Source: an uncultured bacterium (GTDB lineage: Bacteria > Patescibacteriota > Minisyncoccia > Phycocordibacterales > PALSA-1337). From it: a stretch of 64,000 bases of DNA. A program made the translations under genes and the position numbers. Each line of letters starts with the position of its first letter. Within the stretch, counting starts at the first letter, position 1. The notes beneath the pieces are model-generated. The model had not been told where the DNA came from. It searched no databases and saw only the letters and a list, made by a program, of their open reading frames with translations. Location of the stretch: contig CAWKMY010000006.1 in NCBI GenBank assembly GCA_963851055.1, forward strand, positions 14,663 to 78,662, written 5' to 3'. Positions 27,170-35,332 of this stretch are shown piece by piece.

Positions 27170-28090
27170 CTAATTGTGAACCGCCTTCGAAGAGCTGGCG
27201 CACAAGTCGTGAGCAAACTTCTCGACTGGCGTAAGGTCATATGCGGCAACGAGCCACAATAAACCGTGCGCCACACCAATAACAAGCGGATCTTGGCGCG
27301 GAATCTCCTTGACCTTCCAAGACTCATCCGGTGCTTCGGCGACGATAAACATGTCATCGAAGCGAGGACAACCTGGTTTTGGATCAAGCCAACCACGGAC
27401 TTGTTCACGAACATCTGACGGCATCACACCGCCATACTTGGCCGTAAGCTCAATCCGCTCAAGGTTTTTGGAGTCACACCAAGCGCCGAGGCTTTGGCGA
27501 AGATTCGCGTCCAAATAATGCGTGGCCATAATTTCCGGAATTTTTGGAGAAATACTGAATCCGGAAGTCGTGGTCCGTGCTAGGCCTCGCCTCTCGATCA
27601 ACTCGACAAGGGGAATGGCCGCTTGTCTTTCTTGAAAGAGATCATTCATCCAAGATGAACGGCCATCGTGAGTGAAGACCACCGTCATCGTATCACTGTC
27701 TAGACGGAAGATTGAAAAGGCGGGAAAGCCCTCTTGGGTCTTCCAAGACAGGAATGAAGGATCAATCGTCGGTAATTCGAACTCCGGAGTATGTTCAAAC
27801 CTGGCAATTTCCCGACCAACCACACCTAGCCGAAAATCAAGGGTGGTCTTCAGTTCAGTCTCGAGAAGCAAAGCGCGGTGCAAAGTATTTTGCATCAGGC
27901 GCCTGGAACTGTAGAGCCTTTCGAGCTTGACTGGGTCCTCCAATTCTTGGAGTGAGAGATGCCGAGCCGTCAATGCGGCGACTGGCACAAATTCACCGAT
28001 TTTTAGGAGCCGATTTCCTATTCTGGCTCCCATGAGCGGGGGTTGGGTAACATTAGTTTTCATAGGACTATGTGGTTGTTTGTTTTGCAT
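27170..28090 (-). CDS. Hypothetical protein (GC-richer than flanks)
   Basis: 306 aa ORF; no recognisable family. Confidence 0.4.
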   Translation of the reverse strand: MQNKQPHSPMKTNVTQPPLMGARIGNRLLKIGEFVPVAALTARHLSLQELEDPVKLERLYSSRRLMQNTLHRALLLETELKTTLDFRLGVVGREIARFEHTPEFELPTIDPSFLSWKTQEGFPAFSIFRLDSDTMTVVFTHDGRSSWMNDLFQERQAAIPLVELIERRGLARTTTSGFSISPKIPEIMATHYLDANLRQSLGAWCDSKNLERIELTAKYGGVMPSDVREQVRGWLDPKPGCPRFDDMFIVAEAPDESWKVKEIPRQDPLVIGVAHGLLWLVAAYDLTPVEKFAHDLCASSSKAVHN

Positions 28091-28263
28091 GGCTATCCTG
28101 TCGTCACTTTCAGACAGGACTCATGTATTTCCTCTATAAGTATAGCTCCGTATAAGATTGCAACAACGTAAAAGTTGATAAAAGGTGCATAACTTTTAGG
28201 CAAAAACGGGCTTACGATCAGGCCTTGTATACCATGCTATAATTCCCCCACAACTCCTCTTCC

Positions 28264-29082
28264 ATGGCATCCTCATATATCCCCGACACCATAGACTTCC
28301 TTGGGCAAAACCCGGTCTGGCTACTCGCCCTAGCGACGGCCATCATCCTGACTATCACCCTCATCAATCACATCCTTTGGCGCAAACTGAAGGAAGGTGA
28401 GAAATTGAAATATGAATTCATCACCATCATGGCCCACAAGTTCCGCACGCCACTCACCCATATCAAGTGGATATCGGACGAGTTGGTAGGAACGGTTCAA
28501 GACCAGCGGATAAAAGAGGGCCTGGAGCAGATACGGCGAGCCGGTACAAATCTAGTGGGACTGACCACCACTCTACTAGAACTGACCGATTCGAGAAAAG
28601 AAAAGACCTTATACGCTTTCGAACGGACAAACTTGTGCGACTTTGTCCGTACCATAGGCGAAGCAGCCAGAAGGACATTTCAAGAGAAGAACATTTCCTT
28701 CTCCGTAGTCTGTGACGATGGACCCGTTTTCGCCAAAATAGATAAGCCGCGCATGGAATTTGCCGTGCAAGTGCTCATGGATAACGCCTTTGCTTACACT
28801 CCCACCGGCAAAGTTGTGGCGATAACGGTCTCGAGGTCCGGACGCAAAGCGAACATATCCGTCAAAGATAACGGTATAGGTATCAGGCCGGAGGATATGA
28901 AGAAGATTTTCGGCAAATTCTTCCGGGCAGGCAATGCCCAGGCTATGGACACGGAAGGGTTCGGCGTCGGTTTATATCTAGCCAGATCAGTGGTAGAAAG
29001 GCACCATGGAAAGTTGGAAGCCTTCTCGGATGGAGAGGGCTTCGGCTCTACGTTCAAGATAGTTTTGAGAGCGATCAAATAG
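28264..29082 (+). CDS. Orphan sensor histidine kinase (1 TM, HisKA + HATPase_c)
   Basis: H-box MAHKFRTPLTHIKWISDEL; N, G1 (DNGIGI) and G2 (GFGVGL) boxes; no response regulator adjacent. Confidence 0.7.
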   Translation: MASSYIPDTIDFLGQNPVWLLALATAIILTITLINHILWRKLKEGEKLKYEFITIMAHKFRTPLTHIKWISDELVGTVQDQRIKEGLEQIRRAGTNLVGLTTTLLELTDSRKEKTLYAFERTNLCDFVRTIGEAARRTFQEKNISFSVVCDDGPVFAKIDKPRMEFAVQVLMDNAFAYTPTGKVVAITVSRSGRKANISVKDNGIGIRPEDMKKIFGKFFRAGNAQAMDTEGFGVGLYLARSVVERHHGKLEAFSDGEGFGSTFKIVLRAIK

Positions 29083-29189
29083 AACCCCGACGGGTACTAT
29101 TCCACAATTTCACCGGTGACTATGATCTTGGCGATTTTGTGAATGACAGCTTTGGTGGTCTTGATGAAAAAATCTACTATTGCCATTGA

Positions 29190-30041
29190 TTAGAGTTTGG
29201 TTTTCTTCTTGCCAACCTGACGGCGAGAGACGATGAAAATATTCGAGTATTTCTTTGGAGTCCTGGTCTTCTGACCCTTACCTGCTGGCTTACCCCAGCG
29301 AGTCTTGAGTCGGCGTAGACCGCGACCAGAGCGCTGTTCACCTCCGCCATATGGGTGATCTACTGGGTTCTGGGCGGAGCCACGAACTGTAGGACGTATA
29401 CCCATCCAACGGGTACGACCTGCTTTGCCGATATTAACCAGACGACTCTCTTCATTGGAAACGGCGCCGATAGTGGCCCAAGCATCTTCGTGGACTTTGC
29501 GTACTTCGCTGGAAGGCATCTTTATGTGCGTATAGCTCTGGTCATTAGCGACTACTTGACCGAATGAACCGGCGGAACGAACTAGTTTAGCTCCTGAACC
29601 TGGCTTGATCTCTATATTGAAAATGAATGTGCCGACAGGGATCTTCTTCAAAGGCAGGCGATTGCCCGTCTCTATAGGAGCGTGCTCGGATACCATAAAT
29701 GAGTTACCGACTTTCATCGTCTTTGGCAAAAGCACATAGCGCTTTGTGCCGTCCTTGTATGCCACGAGGCCGATGTAGCCAGTACGGAAAGGATCGTACT
29801 CTATGGTTTTGACCGTAGCTATGATGTCTTTCTTGTCATAATTGAAATCTATCTCACGGTAGAGCTTGGCATGACCTCCTCCCTTGTGGCGAACAGTGAT
29901 ACGACCAAAGGCATTGCGTCCCATGTCGCGCTTCCAACCATGAGTCAGAGGCTTGTAAGGCTCTGAAGCGGTCAGATATTGCTTGAACGGCAATACTGTC
30001 ATGTGGCGGCGAGATTTGGATGTTGGGCGGAATGATTTCAT
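29190..30041 (-). CDS. rplB: 50S ribosomal protein L2
   Basis: 283 aa, L2 signature incl. GGGEQR-like region. Confidence 0.9.
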   Translation of the reverse strand: MKSFRPTSKSRRHMTVLPFKQYLTASEPYKPLTHGWKRDMGRNAFGRITVRHKGGGHAKLYREIDFNYDKKDIIATVKTIEYDPFRTGYIGLVAYKDGTKRYVLLPKTMKVGNSFMVSEHAPIETGNRLPLKKIPVGTFIFNIEIKPGSGAKLVRSAGSFGQVVANDQSYTHIKMPSSEVRKVHEDAWATIGAVSNEESRLVNIGKAGRTRWMGIRPTVRGSAQNPVDHPYGGGEQRSGRGLRRLKTRWGKPAGKGQKTRTPKKYSNIFIVSRRQVGKKKTKL

Positions 30042-30084
30042 GGAAGTAAATATGCAAATATACGAATGATGCTAATGATACGAA

Positions 30085-30585
30085 TTATACAAAGTCGATT
30101 TTGTCGCCCGCTTTCAGCGTGACCAACGCTTTGCGGAAACCAGCCACTCTACCCTTCTTGCCGCGGAGGAAGACCTTCTTTGCCGGAGCATTCATGACTG
30201 CGACTTTGACCGGGGTGACTTTGTATAGAGCCTTCACGGCCTTGGCGATAGAATGCTTGTTGGCTGAACGTCCGACTTCGAAAGTATAGACGCCAGTTTG
30301 GCTCAAAAGGCCTGATTTCTCTGTGATGCGAGGGCGGATGATAGAATCTGTGACACTAGAGAAAACACCGGCCGGCAATGCTGCACCTGACTTTGCGGCG
30401 GCGGCATCTTTGGTGACTAAAGCACGAGCGACCTTCTCCGGCTTAACTGATGAAGACCTTCTCGCGCCTTTCTGAGGAGTGCCACCTTTCTTTCCGGCTA
30501 CAGATGAGGCCTTAGCCAGATTGGCTTCCGCCTGAACATGGCTCTGTGCGTGCTTCTTATCTGTTCTAAATCCGAATAAAGGCAT
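30085..30585 (-). CDS. rplW: 50S ribosomal protein L23 with about 70-aa A/K-rich N-terminal extension
   Basis: C-terminal L23 domain (YTFEVGRSANKHSIAKAVKALYKVTPVKVAVMN); N-terminal low-complexity region. Confidence 0.8.
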   Translation of the reverse strand: MPLFGFRTDKKHAQSHVQAEANLAKASSVAGKKGGTPQKGARRSSSVKPEKVARALVTKDAAAAKSGAALPAGVFSSVTDSIIRPRITEKSGLLSQTGVYTFEVGRSANKHSIAKAVKALYKVTPVKVAVMNAPAKKVFLRGKKGRVAGFRKALVTLKAGDKIDFV

Positions 30586-30596
30586 GGTAGTTAAGG

Positions 30597-31280
30597 TTAT
30601 TTGGTGGTTTTAGCTGCACTCGGAGTCTTAGCTGAAAAAGCTTTCAACGATTGTTCTGGATTGGCGATGATCAGATACTTGTGATTCATGACCGAGACCG
30701 GATTTATATTGCGGAATTCCTCAACTGAAACATTACCAAGGTTACGGAAGCTCTTTTCGATGATGGTTGACTTGGAATCTGTAGCAATGATAGCGGTATT
30801 GACCTTTTTTGTGGCGAGTTTTTCATAGCCCTTAATTGTGGCCAATGAGGAAAGAATCGTCTTTGCGTCTTTTGCCTTTGGGGCGGACATATTCAAAGTA
30901 TCGACAAAGAGAATGTCGCCATCTTTGAACTTGCGTGACAATACAATGAAAAGCGCCTTGGAACGAACCTTCTTGTTGATCTTACGGGAATAATTCTGAT
31001 CATTCCTAGGACCATGAGCTATACCACCACCTACCCAGATAGGAGAACGTGTGGAACCGTGACGAGCGCGGCCAGTACCCTTCTGCTGCCAAGGCTTCTT
31101 ACCACCACCACGGACTTCTCCACGGGTCTTGGTATGAGCGACGTTATCGCGAGAGTTATTATTCATGAGACGAACGACTTCGTGGACCAAGTCAGCATTC
31201 CATGGCAGGCCGAATACTCCTTCAGGGAGTTTCATCTTCCCTGTTTCTTTGCCTGATTGATTGTAGATTTTTGTTTCCAT
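30597..31280 (-). CDS. rplD: 50S ribosomal protein L4
   Basis: 227 aa, L4 signature. Confidence 0.9.
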   Translation of the reverse strand: METKIYNQSGKETGKMKLPEGVFGLPWNADLVHEVVRLMNNNSRDNVAHTKTRGEVRGGGKKPWQQKGTGRARHGSTRSPIWVGGGIAHGPRNDQNYSRKINKKVRSKALFIVLSRKFKDGDILFVDTLNMSAPKAKDAKTILSSLATIKGYEKLATKKVNTAIIATDSKSTIIEKSFRNLGNVSVEEFRNINPVSVMNHKYLIIANPEQSLKAFSAKTPSAAKTTK

Positions 31281-31304
31281 TTTATTGAATCAAATTTCGC
31301 CCTA

Positions 31305-31929
31305 TTAGCCGACGATCTCGACAAGCGTTCCGCGGCGTCCCGGGATAGCTCCGGCAACATACAGGATATTCTCTTCTGGGTCAACGTGAGCGATCTTCAG
31401 ATTCTTTACGGTGATGCGATCCGATCCCATGCGTCCAGCCATGCGCATACCTGTCGGTACGCGGTTACGCAAACCTCCGCCGATGGAACCTGGCTCGCGC
31501 TCGCTGTGCTTCTGGCCGTGAGAACGAGGACCTCCGTGGAAACCATGGCGCTTGACCACACCCTGAAAGCCTTTACCTTTTGAAACAGCCGAGACAACGA
31601 CAACGTCACCAGCTTTGAATTGTGAGAGCTCTACTTTGTCGCCGATCTTTAAGAGCAGGGGCTATCTGACCCGGAGTCTGGTCCGTTCGAAATTCAGATA
31701 AAGCGGCAAAATTACCAAGATCTTTGAAATGGCCTTTTTGAGCCTTATTTATCTTATTGGCATTGCGCTCACCTTCTCCTACCTGAACAGCTTCATAGCC
31801 GTCATTTTCCTTTGTCCTCAATTGGGTGACAATATTACCACGGGCGACAACCAGAGTAACTGGAATAGCCGCGCCTGAGGCATCGTAGATTTGGGACATG
31901 TTTAACTTTCTTCCAAGAATAAATTTCAT
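31305..31929 (-). CDS. rplC: 50S ribosomal protein L3, split into two ORFs by an apparent +1 frameshift near 31647-31652
   Basis: N-terminal ORF 31606-31929 (MKFILGRKLNMSQIYD...) and C-terminal ORF 31305-31559 (VKRHGFHGGPRSHGQKHSER...). The conserved GDKVELSQFKAGDVVVVSAVSKGKGFQGVVKRHGF is readable in the second frame upstream of the annotated Met. The frames meet at cttaaagatcgg. Confidence 0.8.
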
Positions 31930-31951
31930 GGCGGTAAGCGGTCGTATTGGG

Positions 31952-32350
31952 CTACATCATCTTTACGTCTATATTGACGCCAGATGGCAGACTCATATTG
32001 GTAAGGGCTTCTATAACTTTCGGATTTGGATTGATGATATCGATCAAACGCTTGTGCACTCTCATCTCGAACTGCTCACGGCTATTCTTGTCGATGAAAG
32101 AAGAACGATTGACTGTGTACTTCTTTATCTCCGTCGGCAACGGCACCGGACCGAGGATCTCTACGTCGTACCTAGACGCAGTATCCATGATCTGACGAAG
32201 GCTAGCGTCGAGAATCTTGTGCTCATAAGCACGGACGCGAATGCGGAGGTGTGGCAGGGCGCCCTCAACCTTGGCCTTCTTTGCGCGAGCAACCTTGGCG
32301 GCCGGCTTTGCGTGAGTCTCTTTTTTAACTGTTTCTTTGTGAGGAGCCAT
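31952..32350 (-). CDS. rpsJ: 30S ribosomal protein S10 with about 30-aa K/A-rich N-terminal extension
   Basis: S10 core LRIRVRAYEHKILDAS...; N-terminal MAPHKETVKKETHAKPAAKVARAKKAK. Confidence 0.85.
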   Translation of the reverse strand: MAPHKETVKKETHAKPAAKVARAKKAKVEGALPHLRIRVRAYEHKILDASLRQIMDTASRYDVEILGPVPLPTEIKKYTVNRSSFIDKNSREQFEMRVHKRLIDIINPNPKVIEALTNMSLPSGVNIDVKMM

Positions 32351-32383
32351 TTTAATATTGCGTGCTTTATTCGTCGATTCGCA

Positions 32384-33571
32384 TTAAGCAATGATCTTGG
32401 TAACAACTCCGGCACCGACGGTCTTGCCACCCTCGCGGACGGCGAAACGCATCTTCTCTTCGAGAGCTACTGGGGCTACGAGCTTGACCTTGAAGGTCAC
32501 GGTGTCACCTGGCATGACCATCTCCACCTTCTCGGCGAGGGTCACTTCTCCAGTAACGTCAGTAGTACGGATATAGAATTGAGGCTTGTAACCTGTGAAG
32601 AATGGAGTGTGGCGACCGCCTTCTTCCTTCTTCAAAACGTAAACCTCTGACTCGAATTCTGTGTGAGGCTTGACGGAACCCGGCTTGGCCAAAACCTGAC
32701 CGCGGGAAACGTCATCCTTGGCTGTACCACGGAGCAATACTCCGGCATTGTCTCCAGCCATACCTTCCTTGAGAGACTTGTTGAACATTTCGATACCTGT
32801 CACAACTGTCTTCACCGTGTCGCGGAAACCGACGATCTCGACTTCCTCACCAACTTTGATGATGCCGCGATCGATCTTGCCTGTGACGACTGTGCCACGA
32901 CCTTCGATCGAGAAGATGTCTTCTATAGGCATGAGGAAAGGCTTGGCTGTATCGCGTACAGGCTCAGGAATATAGGTATCCAAGGCTGTCATGAGAGCAT
33001 CGATAGACTTTGACCATTCTGCGTCTCCGGCGAGAGCGAGAGAAGCTGAACCGCGGATAACCGGGACATTCTTGCCATCGAACTGGTTCTTGGTCAGAAG
33101 TTCGCGAACTTCCTCTTCAACGAGGTCGATAAGGTCTTTCTCAGGAACGAGGTCACACTTGTTGAGGAAAACAACGATCTTCGGCACACCGACTTGGCGG
33201 GCGAGAAGAACGTGCTCACGAGTCTGAGGCATGACGCCGTCAGTGGCGGATACGACGAGGATAGCTCCGTCCATCTGGGCGGCGCCTGTGATCATATTCT
33301 TGATGAAGTCAGCGTGGCCTGGACAGTCGATGTGAGCGTAGTGACGAGTAGGTGTCTCGTACTCTACGTGCGAGAGAGAGATGGTGACGGTCTTTGTTGC
33401 ATCGCGGACTGTACCACCCTTGGTGATATCTGCGTAAGCCTTTATATTGGCCAATCCTTTCTTGGACTGAACCGCGAGGATAGCGGCGGTCAAAGTAGAC
33501 TTGCCGTGGTCGATGTGACCGATGGTGCCGACGTTAACGTGCGGCTTTGTGCGATTGAATTCTGCTGCCAT
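32384..33571 (-). CDS. tuf: Elongation factor Tu
   Basis: [29 protein letters not shown]-motifs; 395 aa. Confidence 0.95.
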   Translation of the reverse strand: MAAEFNRTKPHVNVGTIGHIDHGKSTLTAAILAVQSKKGLANIKAYADITKGGTVRDATKTVTISLSHVEYETPTRHYAHIDCPGHADFIKNMITGAAQMDGAILVVSATDGVMPQTREHVLLARQVGVPKIVVFLNKCDLVPEKDLIDLVEEEVRELLTKNQFDGKNVPVIRGSASLALAGDAEWSKSIDALMTALDTYIPEPVRDTAKPFLMPIEDIFSIEGRGTVVTGKIDRGIIKVGEEVEIVGFRDTVKTVVTGIEMFNKSLKEGMAGDNAGVLLRGTAKDDVSRGQVLAKPGSVKPHTEFESEVYVLKKEEGGRHTPFFTGYKPQFYIRTTDVTGEVTLAEKVEMVMPGDTVTFKVKLVAPVALEEKMRFAVREGGKTVGAGVVTKIIA

Positions 33572-33744
33572 ATTATTTGTTTAGTGCTTTGGCTTGTGGC
33601 GCGTGGTCCGCAGGTAAGCGGGCGAAGCGTCAAGAGCCAAAGATAATGTTGTTAATAGTTATTAAAACGCCTCCAATAGGAAAACAGAGGCGGATAGCGA
33701 AGAGCATAGCATATCTGGAAATACTGTCAAATTTCCGCCCGGTA

Positions 33745-33780
33745 AATAGAAAAACCGTCCGGGATTTCTCCGAACGGTTT
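33745..33780 (-). terminator. Rho-independent terminator downstream of the surface-protein gene
   Basis: aaaccgt/acggttt stem with inner pairing, followed on minus strand by tttttcta. Confidence 0.5.
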
Positions 33781-33804
33781 CTCCTCAAGACTGACTTGAA
33801 ATAT

Positions 33805-35325
33805 CTAGTGAGAATTTAGGTACTGCTGTACTGCGTTCCAGACGGAAGCCGAGAGCGAAGTCTGAAAGTTATACGAGGTCGTCCCTACGCATGCCGAACC
33901 ATTCCATGTCTGACCGGCTACAGGACAAGTGTACTGAGCAGAGTTGAACAGAGACGAATCCCATATCCAGTTGGCTCCGGAAATGCGAGCCCAGCTTCTA
34001 TAGAGGTTATTTGACGGTATAACTAAGGTGGATCCTCCGGATGATTGTTCCGTACCATCGCTCGAGGCTATGATGCTCCCTCCCGAAGATATGGTGTAAT
34101 CAACTCCGGCTGGATTTCCCCACCATCCCCATTCTATGGACGGATTCGGAATGTTTGTAACCGTTATAGCTATAGTATTGCTACCTTGATTGACGGCAGA
34201 AGTGATGTCGTAAGTCTTAGGTGATGTGAAGTTAGTCGCATTCACATCTCCTGAAGCAACAGGGATACCATTCACAGACACGGAATATCCGTTATCAGCC
34301 GCTATAGACAGAGACACTGGGCTGGTTGTCGAAGTCAAATTGAATGTCTTGGTGAAGGTTATGACTTGCGGAGGAACGTTGGCGTAAGAGACTGGAGCCG
34401 ATGGAGGAGTCTGCGTCTGCGTTGAGCACGTGTAGCTAGGCGGACAATTCGAGGTGACACCGGTGCAAGTGTATCCTGAAGGACAAGTGGTCGTCTGACC
34501 AGGAGGAGTACAGACATAACCTGCAGGACAAGCAACAGGGGTAGCAGTCACATTCACCGTCGTTGTCGTCTGTGCGGACAAGCCTGCGCTGTCGGTCACC
34601 GAGAATGTAATCGTGTAATTCCCCGCTGAAGCGTATGAATGGGTGAACGTAGAATTCTGTACAACAAGGCTAGCGCTGTTCGCACATACATAACCGACAG
34701 GGCAGGCTGAACCATTATCTCCCCAATTGACCGAGTAACTCAACGAACCATTCTGCGGATCACTTGCATTGACCGCCCAAGTACCTGTCTGACCGACCGT
34801 GAGTGTCGTCGGGAACGTCCCGCCGGAGATGACCGGGGGTTGGGAAGTCGGCTGCTGTGTCGTGGTACAAACGTAACCATTGCAAGACGCCTGTGAGATA
34901 GAACTATTGTATAGAGCGGAATCCCATATCCAGCTAGCGCCAGGAATAGAAGTCCATGAATAGAGAATCTTGCTTTGCGGAATAACTATAGTCGATCCGC
35001 CGGAAGATTGTTCTGTGCCATCGCTCGAGGCCAGAGTCGCCCAGTTCTGAGTTACCTTGTAGTCCAGTCCGGCCGGATTGCTGGCCCAGATAGTGCCGGT
35101 AGTCGCTGGATTGACGATATTGTCCACCGTTATAGCCAAAGTGTTGCTTCCCTGATGGATAGCCGAAGTTATATCCACATTCTGCGGTGAATAGAAGTTC
35201 GTCTCTGAATTGTTCGTCGAGACATTCGTGCCATTCACGGAAACGGAGAATCTGTTATCAGCCGCGATGGCGAGAGTCACCGGACTGCCGGTCTGGTTCA
35301 CATTGAAGGTCTTGGTGAAGGTCAC
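33805..35325 (-). CDS. Extracellular Cys-rich repeat protein (PKD-like domain, two about 170-aa internal repeats); probably the C-terminal part of one giant gene with 35333..37678
   Basis: CP(A/V/S)GY(V/T)CT repeats; PKD-like WGDNGS...AGNYTITFSVTDSAG; duplicated ITFTKTFN...SSDGTEQSSGGST...WIWDS modules. GTG start with no signal peptide. The frame stays open upstream (…NDQVVTFTKTFN), matching the internal repeat. Confidence 0.55.
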   Translation of the reverse strand: MTFTKTFNVNQTGSPVTLAIAADNRFSVSVNGTNVSTNNSETNFYSPQNVDITSAIHQGSNTLAITVDNIVNPATTGTIWASNPAGLDYKVTQNWATLASSDGTEQSSGGSTIVIPQSKILYSWTSIPGASWIWDSALYNSSISQASCNGYVCTTTQQPTSQPPVISGGTFPTTLTVGQTGTWAVNASDPQNGSLSYSVNWGDNGSACPVGYVCANSASLVVQNSTFTHSYASAGNYTITFSVTDSAGLSAQTTTTVNVTATPVACPAGYVCTPPGQTTTCPSGYTCTGVTSNCPPSYTCSTQTQTPPSAPVSYANVPPQVITFTKTFNLTSTTSPVSLSIAADNGYSVSVNGIPVASGDVNATNFTSPKTYDITSAVNQGSNTIAITVTNIPNPSIEWGWWGNPAGVDYTISSGGSIIASSDGTEQSSGGSTLVIPSNNLYRSWARISGANWIWDSSLFNSAQYTCPVAGQTWNGSACVGTTSYNFQTSLSASVWNAVQQYLNSH

Positions 35326-35332
35326 GACTTGA

